Shown here: positions 25,001 to 30,617 of the stretch, in pieces
Numbering within the stretch: position 1 is the stretch's first letter
How the letters are laid out: each line of letters opens with the position of its first letter
Assembly (NCBI GenBank): GCA_964374105.1
Contig: CAYJXI010000005.1
Location: forward strand, 12,440-76,439
From: an uncultured Planctomycetales bacterium
Lineage (GTDB): Bacteria > Omnitrophota > Gorgyraeia > Zapsychrales > JANLHA01
Direction: 5' to 3'
Length of the DNA: 64,000 bases
Position numbers and translations under genes: made by a program
The notes under the pieces: generated by a model
Told to the model about the DNA's origin: nothing
Databases searched by the model: none
What the model saw: only the letters and a program-made list of their open reading frames with translations

Positions 25001-27921
25001 TTGCGGTCGAGGTTGATAGTGAGGTGATGGTTGTTTTGACATTTAATCCTGTCGAAACTTATGCCGGGCGGGGAAAATTTGCTGATGAAATTGTTTCGTT
25101 TGCAGAAAAACTTTGGGCGCCGGATCCTCTCAAATACCCCGAGGAGGTTTTGGTGAGTATTTTGCAGGAATACCACCGGCGGGGCATCACAAAGACTCGT
25201 CAGGAAATTGAACGGCAACTGCCCAGTTTGCCCTTGATCTCTCAAGAAGGGTTTAAAGAGGTTGAGCCCTCTATGGTGGAAGTCAAAGCCGCGCCCCATC
25301 CTTTGGTGGAAAGTTTAGACTCGGTTTTGGGAGGGCCTAAAGAACCAGAAGCTGAGGGTGAGAAACCCGAGGTCAAGATAGAAGAGAAGAAACCCAAAGA
25401 AAAGATCCAGATCAAGATAGAGTACGATACCACACTGATCAAAGAGGCGGCCAAGCAATTTAAAAAGGAAGAGGGTCCTTTGTTCTTTATCGAGAATATT
25501 TTGAATGGATTTCTCTCTGCGATCGCCAATGGCAATTCTGATGAAGAGCTAAGAGAGTTGGTTTTAAAGGTTTCCGATCTCCTCGGAGTGGACGTTGGGC
25601 GAGTAGTTAAAGATATCATCGAGATTTATCAAAAGAATTTGATCAATGAAGGTGAGCTCAAAGATGCACTTCTTGAATTAAGACGAGTTTTTATCAAAAG
25701 AGGACTTGCCGTATTTATGAAAATCGTAGTCAAGGATGATACCCCGTTCATTGTTTTGACGACTGAAGAAATTCAGCGCATGAAGAGATTAAAAGCCGAT
25801 GATTTAAGCAAATTGGGAGAAGATTGGGTCAAATATAAAAGGAATCTTCCTCGGACGTTGGTAGTCAAAGGGAATAAATATAAACGCCCGGGAGTGAGTG
25901 GATTTTTTGAAGGGGAATTGGCCTTCGCCTTCGAAGAGGTGGCTCAGAATGAAATGATAACAGCCAAAGTATCGGCCATTTCGAATGTGACTTTTGAAGA
26001 ATTCGTTGATTGGATTGCCCTCCATGAACTAGGACATGTCATGGATAAGATGAGACTTAAAGTGAGGGGATTTGAGGTTCAAGAAAAGAAACCCTGGGAA
26101 AAATTGATTCAGGATGTGAATACCTCCGGAATCGGGGTATGGCTTTCTCAGAATATTGAATTGAATGCGATGATCTTACCCTTGATATTCTCCCCGAAGG
26201 CTAAAGAGTTTGCTTTATACGAACTGGTTCATATGGCCAACACCTTAAGAGATGTTAATGATTATTATTTTCAAGCCGCCCGGGGAATCTTGAATGCCCT
26301 TATGAAATACCTCTACGAAAAGGGGGAAATCAAAGAGTTGGTTGTATTAGAAGAAGATTTTACCGATGAATTTGACCGGCGACTCAATTTGATCAAAAGT
26401 GTCATCGAGAAAATGACTTCTAAGGAGCTGAATGCGATGGGGGCGGTTATTTATCAGAATCCGGCTAAGTATTTCTTTGAGGTCAAGGGAGGAAAGTATA
26501 AATCGAAGATTCTAGTCATGAGCGGTCCCGATAGTATTGAGGAAGTTTCTTTGGGGGTAGATGGGATACCGGATGTCGATATGCAGTATGCAGAGAAAGA
26601 GGGTGAAGTTGAAATTACAACTCCACCCAGCGAAGGGAATAAGTCCAAATTGATTCGGGAACCGAAATGGAGTGAGGCCACAGAAGAAGGAGAAGAAGGC
26701 CCTAAAGGGCCGCCGAGCGGTCAAAAAGGCGAAATAGAGGAGGCGGTCAAGGAAGAGGAATTGACTTCAGGATTAAAGAAACAAATTGAGACTTTGAAGG
26801 AAATCAATCCTAATCTGATTTCTCGATTTTTAGAGAATTTTGCGGGGACCCCAGAGACGATTAAGGAATATGCTGATACCGGAGACCGGATTGATGTAGA
26901 AAGAGCCATGATAGGGGATCCGGAGGCCCTCTTTACCGAAAAGACCTTGGAGAGACTCGCGCAATTAAGTATTGGCTTGACGATTGATGTCAGCGGAAGT
27001 GTCCGTGGGTGGTTGCTGAATCAGTTTATTACGATGGCTCGGTATTATTCGTCTTTATTTCATTATGCTTCAGTGAAAAATAAAGAAGTCGATTTTTCGA
27101 TCAGTGCGGTTGGGGATTTTTTTCATTCTATTTTGAAATTTATCGATGCCAGAAACAGGGAGGCCGTGGAAAAGGCCTTAGATAAGATCTCTGAGATTCG
27201 TGACAGCGGGGGGATCAACACGCTATCCGTGATCAAAGGCCTTCGAAATAAGTATTCACAGCAAAAAGACAAGGTTTATAAGATGGAGATTGTCTTAACC
27301 GATGGCGGGGAAACCTCGGGAGTCGCTTTTAAGGAATTGCGGGAGAAAGTTATTCAATTGGAAAAGGACCTCGGGATCGATGTGGTTTTTATTGGGATCA
27401 ATACAAAAGAGGTCAGTAATTATTCTAAGTTTATCGTTTTGGATAAAAATCCAAAGGCCGAAGATCTGATTCAATTGATTATTAAACTGTCCATGTTAAA
27501 AAGCCGGGAAGGCATGTTGCCTTACGGGGATTTAGGTGAGTTATTAGGAATCGTCCCCAAAAAGAAGGGGGAGGCCCCCGAGGCCCAATTAATCCCTGAG
27601 CGTCAATCTCCAAATCCAACTTTAAAAAGATCTGATAAAGCCATATTGACCAACCAACCACCCGGAGGGATTGATCTTAATCCAGCCAATTTCCAATTAG
27701 AGATCAAGCGGGATGAAAACGGCATCCCTCTTCCTATTCCTTTACAGCCGATTGAACAAATGAAGATTGATGGTTTTGTACCCATTATCATCAATATCAC
27801 ACCCATTCATAACCTTCCCAACATTTTTGGGGGGCTTCCGAATAAAGACAAACCCTCTGACTCCTCGACCTTAAGTTATCGCCAGGAATCGGAGATGGAA
27901 TTGGTGGGTACTACCCCTTAA
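13096..27921 (+). CDS. Giant multidomain protein B (about 4941 aa). It has a Sec signal peptide, an N-terminal domain, an array of ~45-aa helical repeats, three AAA+ (AAA_5/midasin-like) modules, an HExxH motif and a C-terminal vWA/MIDAS domain.
   Basis: Uninterrupted 14.9-kb ORF. The ORF track starts at TTG 13012, but the in-frame ATG at 13096 gives MRISKPFQRFVALWVLISFLGTSSYA|QT, a textbook signal peptide. Walker A GPSGEGKT at 20296-20319 with LFLLNEIN at 20488-20511. GEPGGGKTS at 22285-22311 with LLDEG around 22510-22521. NGLTGTAKTT at 24661-24690 with LIDEANA at 24901-24921. HELGH at 26023-26037. MIDAS D-V-S-G-S at 26986-27000 and LTDGGE at 27295-27312. Conserved C-terminal tail at 27658-27807. 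Confidence 0.85.
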   Translation: MRISKPFQRFVALWVLISFLGTSSYAQTILSLPAPGTMVTVSEGFMPPTLRGVTIHPDNPLSFDFILDMGDSQLKTQDLERESSKLIKYFLASLTIPENELWVNLSPYEKEKIISDQFGLTEMGRDLLAQDYILKQLTASLIYPENELGKKFWDRVYQKAYELYGTTQIPVNTFNKVWIVPERAVVYEQGNTAFVVDTHLKVMLEGDYLALSENFKRRNFTEDQLLDKEVKELDQMSSSIVKEVILPEIEREVNEGEHFSQLRQIYHSLILAVWYKQNLKESLLSKVYVNQGKVDGVDIEDKQSKEKIYERYLEAFQKGVYNYIKEDYDAHTESLIPRKYFSGGVQFSLEKVKDQAILTTVKKKEQLPLESRKQLLRHIERARQGRFNLIAATLAETTGDAQAFLRNHLARLKTEDSDPLSQESRLNQGLSEITTGLIGKQYEVTDVRVEKERLILTTKDKKTISLNVREKKWITQDELVARFKTAFTGNGNLKLITDIVKLLPEKIQVLTFENLEGDLLGLASRKLGLLALHQNLANNPTALFHEIGEFLGQSEGEAQAPLNLEFKITKTQAKTLGFLYVRDQKGRAMRKLAVEQPEVVDLFQKGPKNHHYLLRGMQRILLPQEDKQLSIEIKKALHEEELKKETRAVFKRIEEEATGNVSLQDKLTNDQAQIKEILDLLTLAYLVSQRAVERDSLKAIFMGILQSDSSEFRNSIYESLKNLGRSAILEELNPHLIRYDILARLISKGGEQSPLLINITRSFAQARILTGDNLDKFEFLMLNVIPSNSKRGEIYQSLLKLSELALEELDSYVILGILNLDFIRQILDELKQDTPKALKILIGLTQLGVITQEAKRDKLKTLKALFSGRDTERYRKQKIYDSLLHLTETFAEKGLNPQILDLEIIRADFLAISKNSDVAMDTFLALTEIGFIEPKTLKRISGLLSTLGMGDYNSKDNYDSLLKLVKAVKTEDLPSQLLDFDLLSTVISSSRLGSHRVLDMLLEMGRAVKTNGVNPVIVDLTLLKAVLNHSPWHSHDVYKEILSLAETVKSHNLPVGTLSKDTLMSLLEYTKINAGKGIQILKALAIGGAIKYGELDRVRGLFVIFTGQDSEFYNSTLQHIEESIRLQLDPVVLDFDLMKNIFMQKIAPIDSSFRALRELAEAVKTKGLDPSLLDVRLLGVVTKKERPGLAEMINGLKTLGEYVNKYHLADLKHNILDVELLKTIAEEADENIYKSLAMLARTVKEKHLDEIALDRELLIDIIRHSKGFATAKQLDLLSSIAKAGLLYPDNLERFKDFIRQINELRESFRDDFSQIFEAIAGLFDSAQKGEINEFIIDFDLILGILERSPKPISILNSLKEIGKAVKVKGVNLTVKGLEGPSAQEQEYNLATKLIQQSTHTATIHKSLDLLTELIESGFVQRDIKQAARFIALVNEDLFDVLIELLRSFRKKNVNTSVYDPDFISQVISMTKDANVYGIEALKELAEADMLIEGRKEEIMTFFQDITNIVKEEFRADAFQVLSHFIKSSVIKFGRFKEIIDFYNKINKLNNQPWPYQAILALDKVGRVRFENLKDLETLLLIIDQKTSSYDYLNSIISSTQYVKDNELATVILEPKLLTEILAKEISHPEFKKILDQLIELAKVIKRKDIPIQLAIHLDSFRYIFGNFAPNYSLEIFKWYTDFLKENSESLNSVLIEGIWDGMKLVKTIKEEQGGEGQKEVSQFLNWFSSHFVKDKELFPLHFSFKTFAEEGKFTIDRFSVENNLYLLPTEIRQKIKEKGFEEILKEVNPSNYLEEVYAASLYVALRRDVQVAIGLTFKEFLEILNGKANSPFSSLVTSLIQRKVFKMELELTPSQQEQIITLSIALHKAMLDLFHESATSGSVTFRELIRFNVSFSKFYLQQIGLENVIEYFILTAYNIYGRIIDTQEKKEKFTKAMIGLLYSDKFKLLLGQAQIESEGIRGKISEIIQNIVDYADYTDLKRLPQEEEIPLKVTIKAVIERSLQTDSAPLLIVDDDNSILVEEVLEELSQQKDTVMIRITMNAFSRRQELFGMYLPKKLLLERQVNALVETAPQSDIQAALKEILGLKEDEVDSYFKEWQNTLSLREDHFLRQAIATYLNNKEDWRQFMEWKNGVLVRLKEKAKKDKKKKYLINLDNISAAPDSVRLLLNPVLWERMVEVPEKGMLLELPSNLNFIMTMHKDTKIIDDAFMNRPLVQHVAPLSQTDYIRYLTKSVGLQKQVAEHLLGIFSEIKRQGFFEDPRLNFHDLIEIAKRATRVSLENDLKQEDVLFKEAFDYLFLRMRNEKDRDNLKKILFSDKEQGLYHPLKITVDRENGEINFDGVRLKASPAFLGHLKETPEADFIKLMNDHYGYIVTELEMSILSQLARSMKYGNRVVQLEGPSGEGKTEVGHVFSKLIALNLVERTINQETNLSAFRGIIRPTKAGRYELYEPVYLEHIEEGGNLFLLNEINTNQSGGLYYWLYPEITQRDHKTLSEFADISDESIVKRARIDQNNLWLFTVNPYGFLGRGITPPIIPSQVSIFYMAQNPDSLPEVIRGYFERNGLREVLSGDLFKEYVDKLTSIHKALRELKFTYRLRSPQDITPRELISVTTKFRNFMVEEKLTPKGAFQRAVEETYTYVWKNLEDIKLVRSLVNEINGHAGNTYQDRAFLNRVVVEATRPVMIFLTAANDLTQLEGSIQEKDPKAQLFHIPLSYFHRNRQFVGGLIPKGEKKVLSGRWKEVHQLTAQLEEGLGIIPELIKEARFNPERNIYGILYNYTHLNPQVAPLLNEFFQKGYLEGIEELITSRVSEELLRQLKSQPQTIWQQLRGDFAGSLPGEIEQLSDEEKLSFARWFYSKAPRNLRFIATGSSVEETSLSPAELNRFLAVNISAEMDLEWLENYLGNKISQNGLDAYESQISQVVIPAYQFYQQQMALYEYDHNRLGRSDVDAFIETLKEYPSLNPSLIKKLAFYTFGMGLRPKFRDEYQLKIKYQEEWGQQTNLFRYETRADGIYLIVDGIAMKTQLKEIPKKRFLAPTKNLIRQMASMLIGLKRGRILIIEGEPGGGKTSGSEDLAERLGLDFYKELMYEDINLGDFLGRLSKEGNEYVLTALKKDPQQRPLIRFLKAYTQGGLFLLDEGAIGFNSQEVISYLTELAQLKEFDLGLFHPGLKGQVLKRHPQFYLAMAQNPAKTTKARKPVPYRVDTLAHKTWSDNILDEEDAIRIMDYYLTSPEAISLDLKKKIVNIHIQFSRQHPRKEELSPRQIIMIARLLTRAIEENANLERAIFEGLMLGYLTAESQEEFTKLWSVVDQQMQGRLNRYLAEWKEPVKIEKEDNFIRLNGTKLTKSGTEGNVSERDFQIIENLPSQSKSLRALALGLSMNMPIALLQEDGADALDLVRKFAYKVNYELHTLWSHPQMTKMHVLENLLPKFKAQFDRYGIKEEEVTKEFIMGLGFLARHLMRHAEYEKLDLKQKTTQTQKILFFHLMDAIPEKQRVLLNDLLNTNKIELIDEKGEAAIYILPDWVHIMISSPVEHKFSSAFINRFLPIRISPISDLDEITTVIQNRYPLVKEDEVVWLRQVANTVYEFDRNGVFSLHYGFSPRDVFKLAALVQLEKQRDIEMGKLSDDPQNPKRVSLYQNPLYYVMKAFFLTYGLGIKESDYAIFENEIIKKKFLMPLGKGREPRIVNEVYEKIKARIKEDLSGLETEDYILRVDIGQMVEGKLETLPNGMNITRTKGGFIITTLSANVYQVRDDQLKDWVNLNPDSDEFSLKLEENQMIFKLKLINSIGGVFIPRDEVNQLLSLPEREVPTKEFIRYTKEIRYLDSSILRGWQRFKDYSNRMEAPRVLLLNGLTGTAKTTLIRNIARIWGVPLYILNSFEEIKVSDLTVGLKLREGKFQVGIKEFLARVGKINGTRFSIPSKTTSNRSILLIDEANANPEILYALAPLFRGEKKFTVEYVGESFAVEVDSEVMVVLTFNPVETYAGRGKFADEIVSFAEKLWAPDPLKYPEEVLVSILQEYHRRGITKTRQEIERQLPSLPLISQEGFKEVEPSMVEVKAAPHPLVESLDSVLGGPKEPEAEGEKPEVKIEEKKPKEKIQIKIEYDTTLIKEAAKQFKKEEGPLFFIENILNGFLSAIANGNSDEELRELVLKVSDLLGVDVGRVVKDIIEIYQKNLINEGELKDALLELRRVFIKRGLAVFMKIVVKDDTPFIVLTTEEIQRMKRLKADDLSKLGEDWVKYKRNLPRTLVVKGNKYKRPGVSGFFEGELAFAFEEVAQNEMITAKVSAISNVTFEEFVDWIALHELGHVMDKMRLKVRGFEVQEKKPWEKLIQDVNTSGIGVWLSQNIELNAMILPLIFSPKAKEFALYELVHMANTLRDVNDYYFQAARGILNALMKYLYEKGEIKELVVLEEDFTDEFDRRLNLIKSVIEKMTSKELNAMGAVIYQNPAKYFFEVKGGKYKSKILVMSGPDSIEEVSLGVDGIPDVDMQYAEKEGEVEITTPPSEGNKSKLIREPKWSEATEEGEEGPKGPPSGQKGEIEEAVKEEELTSGLKKQIETLKEINPNLISRFLENFAGTPETIKEYADTGDRIDVERAMIGDPEALFTEKTLERLAQLSIGLTIDVSGSVRGWLLNQFITMARYYSSLFHYASVKNKEVDFSISAVGDFFHSILKFIDARNREAVEKALDKISEIRDSGGINTLSVIKGLRNKYSQQKDKVYKMEIVLTDGGETSGVAFKELREKVIQLEKDLGIDVVFIGINTKEVSNYSKFIVLDKNPKAEDLIQLIIKLSMLKSREGMLPYGDLGELLGIVPKKKGEAPEAQLIPERQSPNPTLKRSDKAILTNQPPGGIDLNPANFQLEIKRDENGIPLPIPLQPIEQMKIDGFVPIIINITPIHNLPNIFGGLPNKDKPSDSSTLSYRQESEMELVGTTP
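15280..17240 (+). repeat. Array of tandem degenerate ~45-50-aa alpha-helical repeats inside giant protein B, seen at the protein level. Consensus is roughly h..L..LAxxVKxxGLxPxxLDhxLL.
   Basis: Repeated segments with a similar pattern, for example NPQILDLEIIRADFLAIS, LPSQLLDFDLLSTVISS...LLEMGRAVKTNGVNPVIVDLTLLKAVL, LDPVVLDFDLMKNIF...LAEAVKTKGLDPSLLDVRLLGVV and INEFIIDFDLILGIL...IGKAVKVKGVNLTV. Giant A carries analogous repeats in roughly nt 300-2300. Confidence 0.4.
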
Positions 27922-28038
27922 GTAACAAGATAACTCTCCCAAAGGGAATGCACCTTTACAAAGCAAATCATGGAAGATATAATACCTTGCAACTAGTAAA
28001 TAGAACCATTTTTCAAAAGACATCCTGAAGGCAAATCT

Positions 28039-29301
28039 ATGTTAACTCTTCTTTTAATTTTGGGATTGGTTAATGCGGGCTTACTAATCCTCGTTCTTAT
28101 TCGTACATTTCCTAAAGAGGTGACTCAACTGACAGGTAGGCTAGAATCCCTGGAAAAAATTCAGGAGAGGTCAGAAAGGCTTCTGTTGGAAGAGATCGCC
28201 AAGAATCGGGAAGAATTAAGGCAGAGCCTCCAATCTTTTAACGATTCGGTTTTATCCCGGATGACAGAGATTTCCACCCTTCAGAAAAATCAACTGGATA
28301 GTTTTCAAAATCACTTGTCTTCCTTAACCCAGATCAATGAAACAAAATTGGATAAAATCCGAGAGGTGGTTGAGGAAAGATTGAGGACTCTGCAGGAGGA
28401 TAATAATCAGAAGTTGGAAAAGATGCGGGAAACAGTCGATGAAAAACTGCACTCCACCTTAGAAAAACGTTTAGGAGAATCCTTTAGTATCGTTAGTGAA
28501 CGGCTGGAGAAGGTGCATCAGGGTTTAGGCGAGATGCAGAATTTGGCCTCGGGGGTCGGGGACCTTAAAAAAGTATTAACCAATGTCAAGACCCGTGGGA
28601 TTTTGGGAGAGGTTCAGCTGGGATCTCTCTTAGAGCAGATTTTGACTCCCGCTCAATACGAAAGAAATGTTATTACCAAACGAACAGGAAGAGATTCTGT
28701 CGAGTTTGCTATTAAGCTTCCGGGGAAGAATCATGACGAGGTGTATTTACCTATTGATGCCAAATTTCCTACCGAGGATTATGAAAAATTACAAAATGCT
28801 CAGGACGAAGCCAATGTGGAAAGAATTGAAGAAGCCGGCAAAGCCTTGGAAAGAAGATTAAAATTAGAGGCAAAGAATATCCGGGATAAGTATATCGATC
28901 CCCCTCACACCACGGATTTTGCTATTTTATTTCTCCCCTTTGAAGGACTTTATGCGGAGGTCTTACGGCGTCCAGGACTTTTTGATCAATTGCAGCGGGA
29001 GTTTCGAGTTGTGGTGGCAGGACCCACGAACATTGCCGTCCTTTTAAATAGTCTGCAATTGGGATTCCGCACCTTGGCCGTGGAAAAACGGGCCAGCGAG
29101 GTGTGGAGACTTTTGGGATCCGTCAAAACCGAATTTGGCAAATTTGGAGAACTTCTTGATAAAACAAAGGATAAACTCAAACAGGCCAGTGATAATATCG
29201 AGGATGCGGCACGCAAGTCCCGCACGATCGAGAATCAGCTGAAGGAGGTTCAACAACTGCCGGTTGCCTCGCAACCAGATTTATTGGATCAAAAGGTCTA
29301 G
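28039..29301 (+). CDS. rmuC: DNA recombination protein RmuC
   Basis: 420-aa protein with an N-terminal TM helix, long coiled-coil region and a C-terminal RmuC-type domain (ILFLPFEGLYAEV...VVAGPTNIAVLLNSLQLGFRTLAVEKRASEVW). Confidence 0.75.
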   Translation: MLTLLLILGLVNAGLLILVLIRTFPKEVTQLTGRLESLEKIQERSERLLLEEIAKNREELRQSLQSFNDSVLSRMTEISTLQKNQLDSFQNHLSSLTQINETKLDKIREVVEERLRTLQEDNNQKLEKMRETVDEKLHSTLEKRLGESFSIVSERLEKVHQGLGEMQNLASGVGDLKKVLTNVKTRGILGEVQLGSLLEQILTPAQYERNVITKRTGRDSVEFAIKLPGKNHDEVYLPIDAKFPTEDYEKLQNAQDEANVERIEEAGKALERRLKLEAKNIRDKYIDPPHTTDFAILFLPFEGLYAEVLRRPGLFDQLQREFRVVVAGPTNIAVLLNSLQLGFRTLAVEKRASEVWRLLGSVKTEFGKFGELLDKTKDKLKQASDNIEDAARKSRTIENQLKEVQQLPVASQPDLLDQKV

Positions 29302-30006
29302 ATGGTTTCGTTTGATCAATTTTTCCCTTCTGGTGTCCACGCCTTTGTCAGTGATCGAACGGTTGATTTTAAGTCCCATCCCAAGACAGAAGGATTCACC
29401 TCCCAACAAAAAAGTTATTTACAGGCGCATTTCCCTTATTCCTATCAAAGGCTCGTGAATATCCATCAGGTCCACGGCGATTTTGTTTGGGCGATAGAAA
29501 AAGAGGATTTAGATCAGCTGAATGGTGCCCAAGAGGCCGATGGGGTTATCACCCATGTAGTGGATGTCTTAATCGCGGTGCGAACGGCCGATTGTCTTTC
29601 GATTTTTATTTATGATCCCAAGAGAAAATGCCTAGGTTTGGTCCACGCCGGTTGGCGGGGGACACATAAGCAAATTATTATGAAAGCCCTGCAGGCGATG
29701 AAAGAACATTGGGGGTGTTCCTTGGGAGATTTGCTGATTGCCTTTGGCCCTTGTATCCGTAAGTGTTGTTATCAGGTGGGAGGTGAATTCAAAGACTATT
29801 TCCCGCAAGATATTGAAAAGCATGCGGGAAAATATTATCTCGATTTACTCCTCGTTAATAAAAAACAATTGATCCAGCAAGGAGTGAAATCTAGCGCAAT
29901 TTATGATTGTCAAATTTGCACCTGTTGCGACAAAAGATTTTTCTCTTTCCGTCGAGAGAAGGAGGCGGCTGGCCGGCAGATTTCTCTGATGATCCTTAAA
30001 ACTTAG
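29302..30006 (+). CDS. pgeF: Peptidoglycan editing factor PgeF / YfiH family (DUF152, laccase-domain purine nucleoside phosphorylase)
   Basis: 234-aa protein with HQVHG, DG..T.......RTADC and HAGWRG motifs typical of the YfiH/PgeF family. Its start overlaps the rmuC stop (TAGATG). Confidence 0.75.
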   Translation: MVSFDQFFPSGVHAFVSDRTVDFKSHPKTEGFTSQQKSYLQAHFPYSYQRLVNIHQVHGDFVWAIEKEDLDQLNGAQEADGVITHVVDVLIAVRTADCLSIFIYDPKRKCLGLVHAGWRGTHKQIIMKALQAMKEHWGCSLGDLLIAFGPCIRKCCYQVGGEFKDYFPQDIEKHAGKYYLDLLLVNKKQLIQQGVKSSAIYDCQICTCCDKRFFSFRREKEAAGRQISLMILKT

Positions 30007-30122
30007 GGAGACTTTAAGGGGGGGAAATATTCAATTTGAAAAATAAAGGTTTATCAGTATAATGTAAAGAATTCAAGAAGAGCGAAATTCGTTGTGACCA
30101 CACCGATGGGAGGTAAAGAAAA

Positions 30123-30446
30123 TTGAAGGGGTCGTATATCGTCATATTTGTGACAGTGAAGGATTTAGAAGAAGCAACCAAGATTAGCCACACCTTATTG
30201 GAGAAGAAACTGGTTGCTTGTGTGAATATTGTCAAAGAAGTTCAGTCTCATTTCTGGTGGCAAGGAAAGATTGATCAAGCAACGGAAGCCTTACTTGTCA
30301 TCAAGACTCAAAAGGCCCTTTTAAAATCAATTATTAAGATCGTGCGGTCTTTACATAGTTATACGGTGCCGGAAATCATTGCTCTTCCTATCATTGCGGG
30401 ACATAAAGATTATTTAGACTGGGTCAGTGAGTCTACCGTCCACTAA
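30123..30446 (+). CDS. cutA: Divalent-cation tolerance protein CutA
   Basis: 107-aa CutA1-like sequence (YIVIFVTV...LVACVNI...SHFWWQGKI...LLVIKT...HSYTVPEIIALPI). TTG start with GGAGGT RBS at 30108-30113. Confidence 0.75.
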   Translation: MKGSYIVIFVTVKDLEEATKISHTLLEKKLVACVNIVKEVQSHFWWQGKIDQATEALLVIKTQKALLKSIIKIVRSLHSYTVPEIIALPIIAGHKDYLDWVSESTVH

Positions 30447-30454
30447 TCCCATTA

Positions 30455-30575
30455 TTGACTCGTTCGACGGCGCTCAAGCCCCGCCCTTCAGAGCGAGGAA
30501 AGAGGCGCCGCTTAAGAGTCAACCCTTAAGCCAAGCCCCGCTCTTTTAGAGCGGGGATAGTCAAAGGGTTGACTC
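30455..30575. repeat. Two adjacent GC-rich palindromic (REP-like) units sharing the core CAAGCCCCGC...CAGAGCG(A/G)GG, flanked by inverted TTGACTC/GAGTCAA
   Basis: Seen directly: TIR TTGACTC (30455-30461) and GAGTCAA (30514-30520). A perfect 9-bp hairpin CCCCGCTCT-TTT-AGAGCGGGG at 30536-30556. A second hairpin GTCAA-AGGG-TTGAC at 30560-30573. Confidence 0.5.
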
Positions 30576-30617
30576 AATTCAAAAAGGAAGATAGACTTTA
30601 AAAGAGAGGACATTCAA

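Noticed and set aside
610-27806. About 40 short minus-strand or +2/+3-frame ORFs (60-175 aa) nested inside the two giant genes, for example 3858..4238, 10776..11213, 22785..23246 and 25242..25619
   Set aside because: All are fully contained in the long, domain-rich plus-strand ORFs, have no RBS or recognisable motifs, and show the low-complexity composition expected from reverse-translating coding sequence. Treated as spurious.
1-27921. Impression that giant A is markedly more GC-rich than giant B, suggesting separate horizontal acquisition
   Set aside because: Spot counts of matched 60-nt segments (around the Walker motifs and elsewhere) gave similar values (about 47-62% versus 47-55%). The difference was not consistent, so I am not asserting it. 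A proper GC3 calculation is needed.
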